From: a virus
Reading direction: 5' to 3' (one strand)
DNA: 64,000 nt
Virus record (IMG/VR): IMGVR_UViG_3300000956_000001
Span: 1 to 64,000 of that record
Made by a program: the position numbers and the translations under genes
Part shown: positions 10,570 through 19,978 of the stretch, in pieces
How the letters are laid out: each line of letters opens with the position of its first letter
Position numbering within the stretch: the first letter of the stretch is position 1
The notes under the pieces: generated by a model
The model's database searches: none
Told to the model about the DNA's origin: nothing
The model's input: only the letters and a program-made list of their open reading frames with translations

Positions 10570-11729
10570 GTCTTCTTCATCACCTTTACTTGAGGATCGC
10601 CCTGCTTGTAGCTGATCGCCGTATTCATGAGGCTAGCCTGTGCTGGACCGAGTCGCGGATCCTTGCGCAACGCATCCAGATCCCCCAGGTTAAGTCTACC
10701 GTAATCCTTCATCAGTTCCGGACCAATGATTGCAGACATGAGATCTCGATCGATGACTCGCTTTTTTGGAGCAACCACAGTTACCTTGTGGCGATCGAGA
10801 TCGAACTCAGTCATGTCCTCTTCGAGTGCATGCTTCATCATTGCAAGCTCGACGTCATCAATCGTTGACTTGATCGCTTCGACTTGACCCTTGAGCTGGT
10901 ACAGGAGTTCAGCCAGCTGTTCGATCGACAGCGTGAAGATGCCGCCCGCGCGCAGGTTGGATTGCAGTGCTTCGCACGTAAACCGCTTCGGACAGTACCG
11001 GCAGCCCTCGTTCAGTGTTTCCGGCGGATCCTCGAACGGAGTGTCTACGATGCGCTGAAGTTCCGCCATGAGGAACTTCCAGGTGTTGATGTTGTCCTGT
11101 TTGGTGAACAGTACGGCGACCCGCTCGTAGCGGAGGAAGTCGAACTGAACCCAGATTTCCTTTGCGTCAGGGAACTTGATCTGAACAGCGAGTGCGTACA
11201 GCTTCGGTTGGATCTTGTACTTCAGATCTTCCGGCTTGAGTGGCGTACGTTGCGACTTGTAGTCTACTACTCGGTAAACTCCTTCATCAAGCTTGTCTAG
11301 GCGGTCAATGATGAAGTTGCACGGCATTTCATAACGGACGTTATCAATCCAGTAAGGAACAACAAAGGTTTCCTTGATTTCACGAGAGATGATCTCGTTG
11401 TCAAGGATGTCATTCTGGATGTCGTTGCGGCCGTACCACTTCTGAAGGATGGCAAGACCATCATGCCACCATTCACCCTCCATGGGCTGACCCACGAATG
11501 TGAGTGCCCAGCCCTTCATGTAACCTTCGAGGAGGCGCTCCCATTCCCAGGCCATCGTTGCGACGTATTCTGGTTCGAGGAAGTACTCGAGTGCATAATG
11601 GAGCGTGGTACCAAGCCAGGCAGGCTCGCTGCCCTTGCCGGTACCACGCTCCATTGCTGTGGCCTTGAATCGGGCCATGCATTCGGCGGCGGTAGTCAGC
11701 GACGATGCACTGATGGACTTAGGAATCAC
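10566..11729 (-). CDS. Cas4/RecB-like PD-(D/E)xK exonuclease
   Basis: SASSL..AAEC, GTTLH, IIDRLD...VVDYKS, QPKLYA and CRYCPKRFTC (Fe-S-type Cys pattern). Confidence 0.85.
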   Translation of the reverse strand: MIPKSISASSLTTAAECMARFKATAMERGTGKGSEPAWLGTTLHYALEYFLEPEYVATMAWEWERLLEGYMKGWALTFVGQPMEGEWWHDGLAILQKWYGRNDIQNDILDNEIISREIKETFVVPYWIDNVRYEMPCNFIIDRLDKLDEGVYRVVDYKSQRTPLKPEDLKYKIQPKLYALAVQIKFPDAKEIWVQFDFLRYERVAVLFTKQDNINTWKFLMAELQRIVDTPFEDPPETLNEGCRYCPKRFTCEALQSNLRAGGIFTLSIEQLAELLYQLKGQVEAIKSTIDDVELAMMKHALEEDMTEFDLDRHKVTVVAPKKRVIDRDLMSAIIGPELMKDYGRLNLGDLDALRKDPRLGPAQASLMNTAISYKQGDPQVKVMKKT

Positions 11730-11959
11730 TGACCCACGTACCCATTGCGCTTGTCGTAGAGTGCGGCTCCGACACTGCGACGGTCGACACCTTCAGGTAC
11801 GTCGCACATCCCGAACTCTCCCTCATGGTCGTGCCACGGGTCATTAGGATTCTCGCCTGACTTGAGTGGATGTGCGTGATACACGCCACTCAGTGCCTTA
11901 CCGTGGCGGTGAAACATCTCCTCGGGGTATGCGACAACTTCGACGCGTTCGACTTTCAC
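11726..11959 (-). CDS. Hypothetical protein
   Basis: 77 aa, GTGA overlaps on both sides, GAGGAG RBS. Confidence 0.55.
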   Translation of the reverse strand: MKVERVEVVAYPEEMFHRHGKALSGVYHAHPLKSGENPNDPWHDHEGEFGMCDVPEGVDRRSVGAALYDKRNGYVGQ

Positions 11960-12135
11960 TTCTCCTCATCCTCCGGAACGAACTCGATCGAGAGGATCTG
12001 CGACGTCGGGATCATGAGCATGGTGCCTTCATCCTGATCGAAGGAGGTGTAGGAACCATTCTCGGTGATGAGCGTGCAGTCAACCTCGTAGGTCCTGTAC
12101 ATCGGACCTGCGGTCATGACGCTGTATTTTCTCAT
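11956..12135 (-). CDS. Hypothetical protein, 59 aa (not in ORF track)
   Basis: Translated by hand: MRKYSVMTAGPMYRTYEVDC...EFVPEDEEK*. Fills the gap exactly with 4-nt overlaps at both ends. Confidence 0.6.
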   Translation of the reverse strand: MRKYSVMTAGPMYRTYEVDCTLITENGSYTSFDQDEGTMLMIPTSQILSIEFVPEDEEK

Positions 12136-12383
12136 ACTGTATTCTCGTTTCCGTGCGCATGCAGAACAGTACGCTCGAGTTCTGCACGAAGATCTGATGC
12201 GAGTTGTGGTAGGTCATTCTCGCATGCGTCTGCATACGCAGAGAGTGCTATTCTGGCGTACGGGTCCTGAGCATAGTCAAGAACAAAGTAACTTGCTCCA
12301 TCTTTGTCGCCACCTGGTAGATCGCGACCATCAAGACGGCGAGTTTCAAATTTCGCGTACATTCCGTCGCGAGGCTTTTTCAT
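12132..12383 (-). CDS. Hypothetical protein
   Basis: 83 aa, AAGGAG RBS, 4-nt overlaps. Confidence 0.6.
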   Translation of the reverse strand: MKKPRDGMYAKFETRRLDGRDLPGGDKDGASYFVLDYAQDPYARIALSAYADACENDLPQLASDLRAELERTVLHAHGNENTV

Positions 12384-12823
12384 GCCTGTTGCTCCTTGGG
12401 CTCCAGCTGATTTCCGTGTGTGGAGCGAGTGCGACGCTTGCCGCCCCAGATGCCAACTCTCGCACCCGCCCTGTCAGCGTAGTCATTACATTCGGATCGT
12501 ACCGTGCATCGCATGCAGTACTGAAGTACTGCTAGTTCGCTGGTTTCTCCGCGTCCTGGGAAGAAGAGATCAGTGCTGCTGGAAGCGGCTCCAACTCCCA
12601 GGCAGGCGGCGGCTGAAATCCAAGGCTCGTCGACAAGCTGAGGGACGGATCCGACGGGCTCGATTCCTTCTCCGCAGATGCAGGGGTGACCGGCTCGGCC
12701 GACAGGGAACTCGGATGTGTTGGGTTCGCTGGCTCCGTCGGGGACGGGGGCGTCTCTGAGGAACCGCTTCCGGAGTCGCTCGCACTGTCGGTTGCAGACG
12801 AGGTCACAGCTTTTGGGTCCACA
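12380..12823 (-). CDS. whiB: WhiB-family Fe-S transcription factor; open frame lacks an upstream ATG/GTG/TTG (not in ORF track)
   Basis: Hand translation gives W-ISAAAC-LGVGAASSST-DLFFP-GRGETSELAVLQY-CMRC-TVRSE-C-NDYADRAGARV-GIWGG-KRR: four Cys plus the G[IV]WGG signature. Its stop overlaps the next ATG. Confidence 0.85.
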   Translation of the reverse strand, partial: CGPKSCDLVCNRQCERLRKRFLRDAPVPDGASEPNTSEFPVGRAGHPCICGEGIEPVGSVPQLVDEPWISAAACLGVGAASSSTDLFFPGRGETSELAVLQYCMRCTVRSECNDYADRAGARVGIWGGKRRTRSTHGNQLEPKEQQA

Positions 12824-13101
12824 TCAGCTGGAGTCTCAGCTTCCTGCGTCTCTGCTGCATACTTCGCTGCGTTCTCGGCGATGATCTCGTGGGCCGTCTT
12901 CTTCTCGATCACTGGTTCGACCTCAGCCAGAACCCGAGGACGCACGTCGCGCACTGCATCAGCAGTGCGCGACGGCGCGAAGATCATGATGGGGATAACC
13001 TCTGTCGCCTTTTCGGAGGGTGGCGGCGTTGGCACCGTACTGCCCGTTGCGACTGATACTGCCATGCTGTACGGCTTGAGTTCACGCGGCTCGTTATCCA
13101 T
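12532..13101 (-). CDS. Hypothetical protein; likely N-terminal partner of WhiB via -1 frameshift
   Basis: 189 aa. The C-terminal Ser/Pro-rich half overlaps the WhiB frame. Contains C CCA AAA at 12817-12811. Confidence 0.55.
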   Translation of the reverse strand: MDNEPRELKPYSMAVSVATGSTVPTPPPSEKATEVIPIMIFAPSRTADAVRDVRPRVLAEVEPVIEKKTAHEIIAENAAKYAAETQEAETPADVDPKAVTSSATDSASDSGSGSSETPPSPTEPANPTHPSSLSAEPVTPASAEKESSPSDPSLSLSTSLGFQPPPAWELEPLPAALISSSQDAEKPAN

Positions 13102-13110
13102 GATGCTTCC

Positions 13111-13860
13111 CTAGAACATTGCCTCCTCTGCCGTATCGAACTTCTTCTTCGCGATCTCATAGTTGTGCGCGCTCAGTTCGATTGACACGCAGGAGCGCTT
13201 TTCTGCTCTCGCTGCGCGTACCGTACTTGAACTGCCACCGAAGGGATCAACGATGAAGTCGTTGGGCGAGGTGCTGTGACGAATGAGTTCGCCAAGGAGT
13301 GCGAGTGGCTTCTCGTGGGGATGGATGAGGTCCTGCGGTCGCACCTGTGGATACCGGAGTACCCCGTTGCGACGTTCTGTGGATCTGGGCCGATTCCCCT
13401 TCTTAAGGAAGATGATGAACTCGTACCCAATGCCCCATCCATCGAGGTACCCCATCCCCGGGCCATCTTTCTCCCAGATCAGCGGGCTGCCTACTCGACG
13501 AAATCCGTGACGCCCCAAATCATCCGTTACCTGAAGCCATTCCTTCAATACCTGCCCAGACGTGAACACGTACAGATCCGCGTTATCGGCGGTTTTTGGC
13601 AACAGGCTATCCATCACGGAATTAAAAGTTGCGATGGCAATTTCAGGAGTCTCGTCATTCGCGATCTTTCGTGCGTTCGCCTTCCCCTCTGCTGTTGTCG
13701 CCATGTTGCTCTGATTGTTCACTCCGAATGGCGGATCGGTAATCACGCAGTCCACTGAGCCCGGGTGGAAGCGCTGACATAGCTCGATCGAGTCGCCGTT
13801 CCAGATCTGTTGGAACAGGGGCTTGGGTCTTGGCGTTGTCGGCTCTGCCAGTGTCGTCAT
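13111..13860 (-). CDS. DNA methyltransferase (N6A/N4C, beta class)
   Basis: Motif IV VITDPPF precedes HPHEKP and motif I VDPFGGS. Likely start MTTLAEP at 13860. Confidence 0.9.
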   Translation of the reverse strand: MTTLAEPTTPRPKPLFQQIWNGDSIELCQRFHPGSVDCVITDPPFGVNNQSNMATTAEGKANARKIANDETPEIAIATFNSVMDSLLPKTADNADLYVFTSGQVLKEWLQVTDDLGRHGFRRVGSPLIWEKDGPGMGYLDGWGIGYEFIIFLKKGNRPRSTERRNGVLRYPQVRPQDLIHPHEKPLALLGELIRHSTSPNDFIVDPFGGSSSTVRAARAEKRSCVSIELSAHNYEIAKKKFDTAEEAMF

Positions 13861-14104
13861 CTTCGGCTCCGAGGGTTTCTTTTGGCAATGATCTGAGTGC
13901 GGCGCCCAAGAGGGCAAGCGGATTAAGTGCCTTGACTGGGAATCCCGTTATCCGTGTGCGCGCCAGTCCGAAGACTCCTTCTCCTCGGTCCGCGTAGGCG
14001 AGCACTGTATAATCAGCGAGTTCACCCTGGTTTCTGAGTTCAGTCTGTGTGATTTGGATATCACCAACGAATCTGCCGTTTTCATCGTGCAGTATGACTT
14101 TCAT
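13655..14104 (-). CDS. Hypothetical protein (C-terminus overlaps the MTase)
   Basis: 149 aa, ATGA overlap upstream. Confidence 0.5.
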   Translation of the reverse strand: MKVILHDENGRFVGDIQITQTELRNQGELADYTVLAYADRGEGVFGLARTRITGFPVKALNPLALLGAALRSLPKETLGAEDDDTGRADNAKTQAPVPTDLERRLDRAMSALPPGLSGLRDYRSAIRSEQSEQHGDNSRGEGERTKDRE

Positions 14105-14502
14105 GGAGTCACAACGTACCTGACGCTGCCGTTGACGTTCATCGACTTGATGATGTTGGCGTAAACAGATACCGCACCAGCGTAGGCAACGACAGCATAA
14201 CCATCGTCTGGGAACTCGACGGTCATCTGCTTGAGGTAAACAAGCAGATCGACAACCTCTTCCAGGGCATCCTGGCGCGAGTTGCGCCCGTTGTTGGCCT
14301 GAAGAATGGTGCCATGCTTGTTCAGGCCATACGCTTTCCGGTAGCGTAGGTAGTCGAGCATCTGGGCCTTTGTCATGTCGCTAACCCTTAGGTGTGCGAG
14401 CATGTGTCCTCGAAGGTCAATGCACACCAGGTCATGCATTGAGGCACCGCCATTGGGCACCGGAGCGGGTTCGCCGTTGACGTAGTCAGGAGTGTCAGCC
14501 AT
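14101..14502 (-). CDS. Hypothetical protein
   Basis: 133 aa with helical DALEEVVDLLVYLKQ (loosely MazG-like pattern); operon packing. Confidence 0.55.
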   Translation of the reverse strand: MADTPDYVNGEPAPVPNGGASMHDLVCIDLRGHMLAHLRVSDMTKAQMLDYLRYRKAYGLNKHGTILQANNGRNSRQDALEEVVDLLVYLKQMTVEFPDDGYAVVAYAGAVSVYANIIKSMNVNGSVRYVVTP

Positions 14503-15020
14503 CAGATCATGTTCCCCAGGTCTGGAATGTCTTCGATTTCTGCGCGGGCGGCTACCCAGTTGTGACCAAGAATTGCAGGCTCGATGCCTCCGGATGTATC
14601 TGGACGATGTACGATGATGATGCCAGGGTTAACGTTACGATCCTGCTCCACGATCGTGGACTTGATTGTCGTTACCAGTCGGTCATTCTGGAACAGGATA
14701 CCCTGCAGGGCGTCCTCAAGTCCCTTCTGAAGATTCGTCGCGTCGGCAGCATGACGCCTACTGGTCCGTCCAGTGGGCGTCTGATACTCCTCCAGCTTGC
14801 GCCAGAAGTAGAATTCCAACTCTGAGCAACCATCGTGCAGTACTGTCATGTACTCTTTGCACAAGTAATCGCGCACGGCTCGTTGGTAGTCAGCAAGCGA
14901 CGAGTTCTCGCCTACATACGGTACGTGTTTGCCGCCGCGAACCGTTGTTCCAAGTGGACCGATAGCCCAGGGTTGCGGATTGATACCTGTGATTCTGTAG
15001 ATCATCTCACCTGTAAGCAA
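14502..15020 (-). CDS. rusA: RusA-like Holliday junction resolvase
   Basis: DATNLQKGLEDALQGILFQNDRLV matches the RusA D..N..K...D.L....D.. signature. Confidence 0.8.
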   Translation of the reverse strand: MLTGEMIYRITGINPQPWAIGPLGTTVRGGKHVPYVGENSSLADYQRAVRDYLCKEYMTVLHDGCSELEFYFWRKLEEYQTPTGRTSRRHAADATNLQKGLEDALQGILFQNDRLVTTIKSTIVEQDRNVNPGIIIVHRPDTSGGIEPAILGHNWVAARAEIEDIPDLGNMI

Positions 15021-15383
15021 TTACACCAGCTCCATCAACGGTGGTTTCTGATCAGGCAGGTAGTAGTATACACTATACCCGCATGATAGTGCAAGTTCGA
15101 GTTCGGTTCGCGCGCCTATCGATTTCGACCACCCAGGCATCAGAATAATGGAGTTGCACGTCATTAGAAGGTTGACAGCGTGCGCCATGTATGAACTGTT
15201 GCTTCGTGCGGCGCGCTGGAATTCAGTCTCGTCCTTGAACTTCGAGTGCGGCGAGGCAATTTCGAGCATGTGGTCTTCGAGTTGCCGCTTGGCCTTCTCA
15301 AATCCATCGTAGTTAAAGTTTGGCAGGCCCGTCATCGGACCTGCCAAATAGAACTTCTTTCTGATCATTTCACTCGCATTCAT
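15021..15383 (-). CDS. DUF4406 / nucleoside 2-deoxyribosyltransferase-like protein
   Basis: FYLAGPMTG...LMPGWSKSIGARTELELA. Confidence 0.75.
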   Translation of the reverse strand: MNASEMIRKKFYLAGPMTGLPNFNYDGFEKAKRQLEDHMLEIASPHSKFKDETEFQRAARSNSSYMAHAVNLLMTCNSIILMPGWSKSIGARTELELALSCGYSVYYYLPDQKPPLMELV

Positions 15384-17020
15384 TAACCCTCCAGTTCAGC
15401 TTCGATCACCAGCCTATCGAGACGAACCACGTAGACTGGACGTGTGAGATCTACTTCATAATGCGCGCGGTCGAGACGAATCTTGAATGTAGGAACTTGC
15501 GCTGCAACTACACTGCCGTCAACGAGGCTAGTGTATCCGAATCGTTCGGAGCTGTGAACCGCTCCAGGCGTAAGCGTCTGCGTTATCGGCGAACCGAGGG
15601 AGATGCTACCGAAGCGCTCCGTTGTGTCTGATGTGCCAGGTGATAGAGTCACCGCGCCTGGTGCGAGCGATGCCGATCCGAACCGCTCCTGGCCCGGAAT
15701 TGTGCCCGGCGTGACGGTCACAACGGGGGCGCCTAGAGCCACGCTCCCGAATGCTTCCCCCGATTGGGTAACACCGGGTGCCATGGATACAGCACCGGGC
15801 GCCAGCAGTGCTGAACCCGTACGCTCCTGCGATGCAGACGAACCAGGTGATAGCATCAATACGCCGGAGTTGAGAACCGACGTACCGAACTGCTCGCCTA
15901 CGGGCGCCACTCCTGGTGTCAGTGTCACTGATCCGGGTGCGAGTGCAGAACTACCGAACCGCTCGCATGACCTACTCGTGCCCGGCGCAAGGTTGACAGC
16001 ACCCGGCGCAAGTACCAGAACTCCGAATCGCTCGCCCGACCCAGACCCACCGGGGGAAAGGTTTACAGTACCAGGCGCAAGAACGTTTGTGCCGAATCGC
16101 TCGCCCGTAGCCGAGACACCTGGCGTTACTGTTGCTGCGCCCGGCGTTAGCGTCGGACTGTTGGCTCGCTCCTGACTGCGAACACTTCCAGGAACAAGCA
16201 GGGCTGTTCCAGGTACAATGACAGGCGATCCGAAGCGCTCTTCCGTACGAGCAGTTCCAGACAGAATTGTTACGAGTCCTGGAACAAGGATCCCACCAGT
16301 GGTGCGCTGGTCGCCACCATCCATCGTGCCTGGTGTTACCGTCTGACTTCCGCCACCCGTTACTGCAGGCGTGACAACAATGCGGATGATGATGGATTCT
16401 TCAAAGACATCGCTGTTCGTCCACACCGCCGTTGAGATCGCACCAGCAGTAGCCTGAACTGCCCTGCCGAGTGCAAGTCTCATGTTGTTGTTGCCGTCCG
16501 CACCCTGGATGTCCTGAACTTCAGTCCAGGTCAGTCCAGATGCGGGAACAGTCCAATTAGCAACATCAGGACTGAACTGCCGAAGGGCAGCGAAGTCCAT
16601 AACGAGGCCATCGTCAGTAGTGGAAGTAACCGACGGCGGTGTATGGTTGGTGCCAGGCGCGCTCTGCAGTGAGGCTACAGCGTTTGTGAATGTAGTTCCA
16701 TCTGCACCACGAACGAGAGCGCCAATGCACGACGTTCGACCAGAACTGCATGTCCAAGTATACGTCGTACTGGCAGCTGGATTCTTCTTCCACCAAGCAC
16801 GAATGGCTCCACCGCCTGTGGCGATAGAGTTATCTGAAACGCTAAATTCGGTCCAGGTAGCATCAGGCTTTGTCATGGCATCTGCATTTGCAGACCCAGC
16901 AATACAGACTACAAGATAGTCATTCGTTGTTGGGTTTGCATCTGTGGTGACGCCCTTGCCAATGTTGCCACCGTCGCCTTGTACTGAGGTATACGAGGTG
17001 ACGACACTTGCTGCAGTCAT
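15383..17020 (-). CDS. Virion-like fibre/decoration protein with ~20-aa tandem repeats
   Basis: N-terminal beta-rich domain, then roughly 13 repeats of T-x-x-PG-x4-ERFGS. Confidence 0.6.
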   Translation of the reverse strand: MTAASVVTSYTSVQGDGGNIGKGVTTDANPTTNDYLVVCIAGSANADAMTKPDATWTEFSVSDNSIATGGGAIRAWWKKNPAASTTYTWTCSSGRTSCIGALVRGADGTTFTNAVASLQSAPGTNHTPPSVTSTTDDGLVMDFAALRQFSPDVANWTVPASGLTWTEVQDIQGADGNNNMRLALGRAVQATAGAISTAVWTNSDVFEESIIIRIVVTPAVTGGGSQTVTPGTMDGGDQRTTGGILVPGLVTILSGTARTEERFGSPVIVPGTALLVPGSVRSQERANSPTLTPGAATVTPGVSATGERFGTNVLAPGTVNLSPGGSGSGERFGVLVLAPGAVNLAPGTSRSCERFGSSALAPGSVTLTPGVAPVGEQFGTSVLNSGVLMLSPGSSASQERTGSALLAPGAVSMAPGVTQSGEAFGSVALGAPVVTVTPGTIPGQERFGSASLAPGAVTLSPGTSDTTERFGSISLGSPITQTLTPGAVHSSERFGYTSLVDGSVVAAQVPTFKIRLDRAHYEVDLTRPVYVVRLDRLVIEAELEG

Positions 17021-17052
17021 CCACGCTCACCTACCTTCGAGGCGAGAGCGGA

Positions 17053-17922
17053 TTAGAGCTTGAAGATCTTGTACGGACCGTTGTCGAAGGTGACGCCAAC
17101 CGGTCCGCCGTTCGTGGTCAACGGGAAGTTCGAGCTGGTAATCGGTGCGAGCGCGCGATTACCAGCTGCGAGAGCGTTCGCCAGGGCCGACACCGTCAGC
17201 GTGCGATCACCAGCGTTTGCGCCTGCGGTAAGTGTTGCTGTGCGACCATTGCTGAATGCCAGTACGGCACCGTTAGGGATCGCGTTGGTCAGCGGATCGA
17301 CGGCGACGCTGGTTGCGGAACCAGCCGCAGCAGCAGCAACGGTCACGATGTGCTTGCCGGTCAGGTATCCGATGATGCGTGAGGTTGACGGAGTGCCGGT
17401 GTCCTTGTAGATGACAATCAGTCGCACGACGTTGCCACCAGCTACAACAGACCATGACGGGTCAGCAGCGTCAGCGACACCAGCAACAACTGTCTTGGTA
17501 CCCAGTGTCTGGTCGGTACCGACGATGCAGGCGCTCACGTCATCGTACATGTCGCTGACGGTCGAGGGTCCGTAGTTGACGGCATAGCCGCCGGAAGTGT
17601 ATGCGCTGATGCCGACAACGTTGGTACCCAGAACGGGATCGGTCAGTTCGAACGTGTTCGCTGCCTGGTTCGCGATCTTCCAGAGACCGTTCGCGGCAGT
17701 GTTGCCGCCGACGTTGTCGATGTAGACGAGGTCACCGTTTGCAAAGCCATGCGCCGTGCAGGTGACTACGATCGGAGTCGCAGCGGTTGCGCCAGTGATT
17801 GCCTTGATCGCAGTGTCAGTGGTTGCGACCGGATCGAGCAGGCCGATCTTAATGGTGTCCGTGTCCCAGTCGATAGATCCATCCAGGAACCCCTGGCGAC
17901 CAAGCTCTGTCAGTCCGTTCAT
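17053..17922 (-). CDS. Virion-like structural protein
   Basis: IDWDTDTIK N-terminus; ITGATAATPIVVTCTAHGFANGDLVYI (FCCH-like beta domain seen in phage structural proteins); ends in IFKL. Confidence 0.6.
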   Translation of the reverse strand: MNGLTELGRQGFLDGSIDWDTDTIKIGLLDPVATTDTAIKAITGATAATPIVVTCTAHGFANGDLVYIDNVGGNTAANGLWKIANQAANTFELTDPVLGTNVVGISAYTSGGYAVNYGPSTVSDMYDDVSACIVGTDQTLGTKTVVAGVADAADPSWSVVAGGNVVRLIVIYKDTGTPSTSRIIGYLTGKHIVTVAAAAAGSATSVAVDPLTNAIPNGAVLAFSNGRTATLTAGANAGDRTLTVSALANALAAGNRALAPITSSNFPLTTNGGPVGVTFDNGPYKIFKL

Positions 17923-17924
17923 GC

Positions 17925-18281
17925 TTATGCTCCTACCGGGCGCGTGGTCGAGAGACTGATAAGTACGTTGCCTTCCATGATCCTGAAAGGCTCGCCGGTT
18001 CCGTCAATGACATACAGGTCGTATACGCCAGATGTCACGTTAAGTTCTGCTGTTCGCGCACCTGGAACATCAACGAGTACCTCGCCCAGTGCACCATTAA
18101 TGGAGATTGTACCATCTTCGGTGGTATACTCAGCCAGAACGGTCGCCGACAACTTCTTGGTGCGGATCTGCATCTTGGCGGTCCAGCCAGTCAGTGGCTT
18201 GGCAACGCCAGCGACCAGTACGGCAACTGTGAATTCCAGTTTGCCGTACTGGTCGACCTGAAGATTTCTGGTTTCCGCCAC
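17925..18281 (-). CDS. Virion-associated adaptor-like protein (BppU N-terminal-like fold suspected)
   Basis: PLTGWTAKMQIR...GVYDLYV...RIMEGNV pattern typical of small phage structural beta proteins. Confidence 0.55.
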   Translation of the reverse strand: MAETRNLQVDQYGKLEFTVAVLVAGVAKPLTGWTAKMQIRTKKLSATVLAEYTTEDGTISINGALGEVLVDVPGARTAELNVTSGVYDLYVIDGTGEPFRIMEGNVLISLSTTRPVGA

Positions 18282-18287
18282 GCAATC

Positions 18288-18316
18288 AGGTTAGTGCTGT
18301 GTCACGGTACGGTCAA
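18288..18316 (-). promoter_or_regulatory. SigA-type promoter giving a leaderless transcript for the 3-gene structural module
   Basis: TTGACC-N17-TAACCT-N6-GTG(18281). Confidence 0.65.
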
Positions 18317-19434
18317 CTACTGGACGGTGCCATTTCCCTGCGCGGAGCAACCCAGGCCTCATACCCAGAATCTCCGTCGATGCACACTGGAATCATGACA
18401 TTGCTTGGATTATACTTGAGCTTCACACTCGCATTTGGCGCGTGATTGAGCGCATCAATGAGCATTCTTGGTGTGAATAGGATCTTGATGCGAAGATGAT
18501 CGGCCTGTCCAGTAAGATCAATCTCGTCGCCGAAGAGTCCGATGTCCTCGTTCTGCATGAATACGGCGAGACCGCCACGTCCGATGTAGATACTGAGGAT
18601 TGGAGCACGATCTGCACCAGCGAATTGAACTGCCCTGTTAATGCGATCCAGCAGATCGGTACGATCGAAGCTCACCTCCTCCTCGTAGGCGAGCGAGGTG
18701 ATCCTGTGAACGGGAGGCATTTCGCCACCGAGCTTAACGACTTGGATCTGTGTGTAGTCGTCAGGCATAGCGACGAACATATTACCAGTACTGCCAACCA
18801 GCACGTCACCCATCTGCTTCATGAGCGAGCCGATACTCCATGCTGGGATGACCATTGGTTCCTTGAGGTCAATCTCGCATGGAACGCGCGCGACCTTGTA
18901 GCGATCTGTCGCAAGCATGTGCTGCCCGTCGATGAGCACGCCGTTCAGTGGTGCTGGACCTTCCTTCGACGCAGCCCACTCTACGCGAGTGATGTTGCCA
19001 CCGAAGTTCGGCGCATTGACGAGTTCGAGCGCATCTACCACCGACCACTCGGGATAGAACGGGTTCTGGTTTAGATTGAGCTGAACCTTCATTCGACCCG
19101 ATGTGATAATGACAGGCCCCTTGCCGTCCCAGGTAAAGGTAACCTGCTTGCCGGTCGTGGCTGGGAGTGTGCCGATGACGCCAGCAAGAAGCTGACTTGG
19201 AAGGCGCCAACGACAAGGATCACCTTCGCACACGTTCGTGTCGATTACCTCGACGTAGAACGTCTCGACATCAGTTGCGCGGATGACACAGGGAGCATCA
19301 GTTCCAGGTGCGATGTCGAAGATAATGCCAGCTGCCTTGTCGAATGAGCTGCCCACCTTTGCTGGGGCCACGCGCGCAGCACGTTTCAAGGCATCCGCGA
19401 TTGTTCCAGCTTCGAACGTGACCCTTGTTGTCAT
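18313..19434 (-). CDS. dnaN: DNA polymerase III beta sliding clamp-like protein
   Basis: ~373 aa with IRATDVE, LNGVLI...LATDRYKV and ILFTPRMLIDAL. Start MTTRV at 19434 (ATGA overlap). Confidence 0.85.
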   Translation of the reverse strand: MTTRVTFEAGTIADALKRAARVAPAKVGSSFDKAAGIIFDIAPGTDAPCVIRATDVETFYVEVIDTNVCEGDPCRWRLPSQLLAGVIGTLPATTGKQVTFTWDGKGPVIITSGRMKVQLNLNQNPFYPEWSVVDALELVNAPNFGGNITRVEWAASKEGPAPLNGVLIDGQHMLATDRYKVARVPCEIDLKEPMVIPAWSIGSLMKQMGDVLVGSTGNMFVAMPDDYTQIQVVKLGGEMPPVHRITSLAYEEEVSFDRTDLLDRINRAVQFAGADRAPILSIYIGRGGLAVFMQNEDIGLFGDEIDLTGQADHLRIKILFTPRMLIDALNHAPNASVKLKYNPSNVMIPVCIDGDSGYEAWVAPRREMAPSSS

Positions 19435-19664
19435 ACCTGGGTTTCGTCTTTCTGGTCGATGACCGGCTCTTCTACTGTGCTGCGTATGGCCACGACGCAC
19501 ACAATCTCGTCTACGCTGATCGTGTGAAGTTTACGCGTCCAGTCTTCCGGCGTGTTCCACTTCATTCGAGTGAGATCGCCAGTCATCTCGTTGCGAACTG
19601 TGCCGATGTAGTCGCTGTCCACGACTACCTTGGCGCCGCTCTTGAATGTGATTTCGAGCTTCAC
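19431..19664 (-). CDS. Hypothetical protein
   Basis: 77 aa, 4-nt overlaps. Confidence 0.6.
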   Translation of the reverse strand: MKLEITFKSGAKVVVDSDYIGTVRNEMTGDLTRMKWNTPEDWTRKLHTISVDEIVCVVAIRSTVEEPVIDQKDETQV

Positions 19665-19978
19665 GTGTTGCTCCGTCCCGCCGTTGCTTGACTAAGCCAT
19701 CCCTTAATTATCTCAGGAGTAGGAATAACCTTGCCCTCCTCTACGTCTATGAGCAGGTAGCACGCCGACACTTCTTTGTGACCTAGAGGATCACCACAGA
19801 AGTGACAGGTGTGTCGATCGTAGTTGCATCGATCGCAACAATTATACGAGGGATGCTCGCCACCACACACCTGACAAAGGCCGAGAATCCACATAGCCTT
19901 GTCGTATTGAAGACCGCGAGCCTGAGCTTCTACGGCAGCAGCCACAACTTCGACGGCAATCTTGAATTCGCTAGACAT
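19661..19978 (-). CDS. Cys-rich Zn-finger protein
   Basis: CQVC...CDRC...CHFC. Confidence 0.55.
   Translation of the reverse strand: MSSEFKIAVEVVAAAVEAQARGLQYDKAMWILGLCQVCGGEHPSYNCCDRCNYDRHTCHFCGDPLGHKEVSACYLLIDVEEGKVIPTPEIIKGWLSQATAGRSNT

Noticed and set aside
10566-11729. CRISPR-Cas system based on the Cas4-like gene
   Set aside because: Solo Cas4/RecB-like exonucleases are common phage recombination genes; no cas1/cas2 or array is present.
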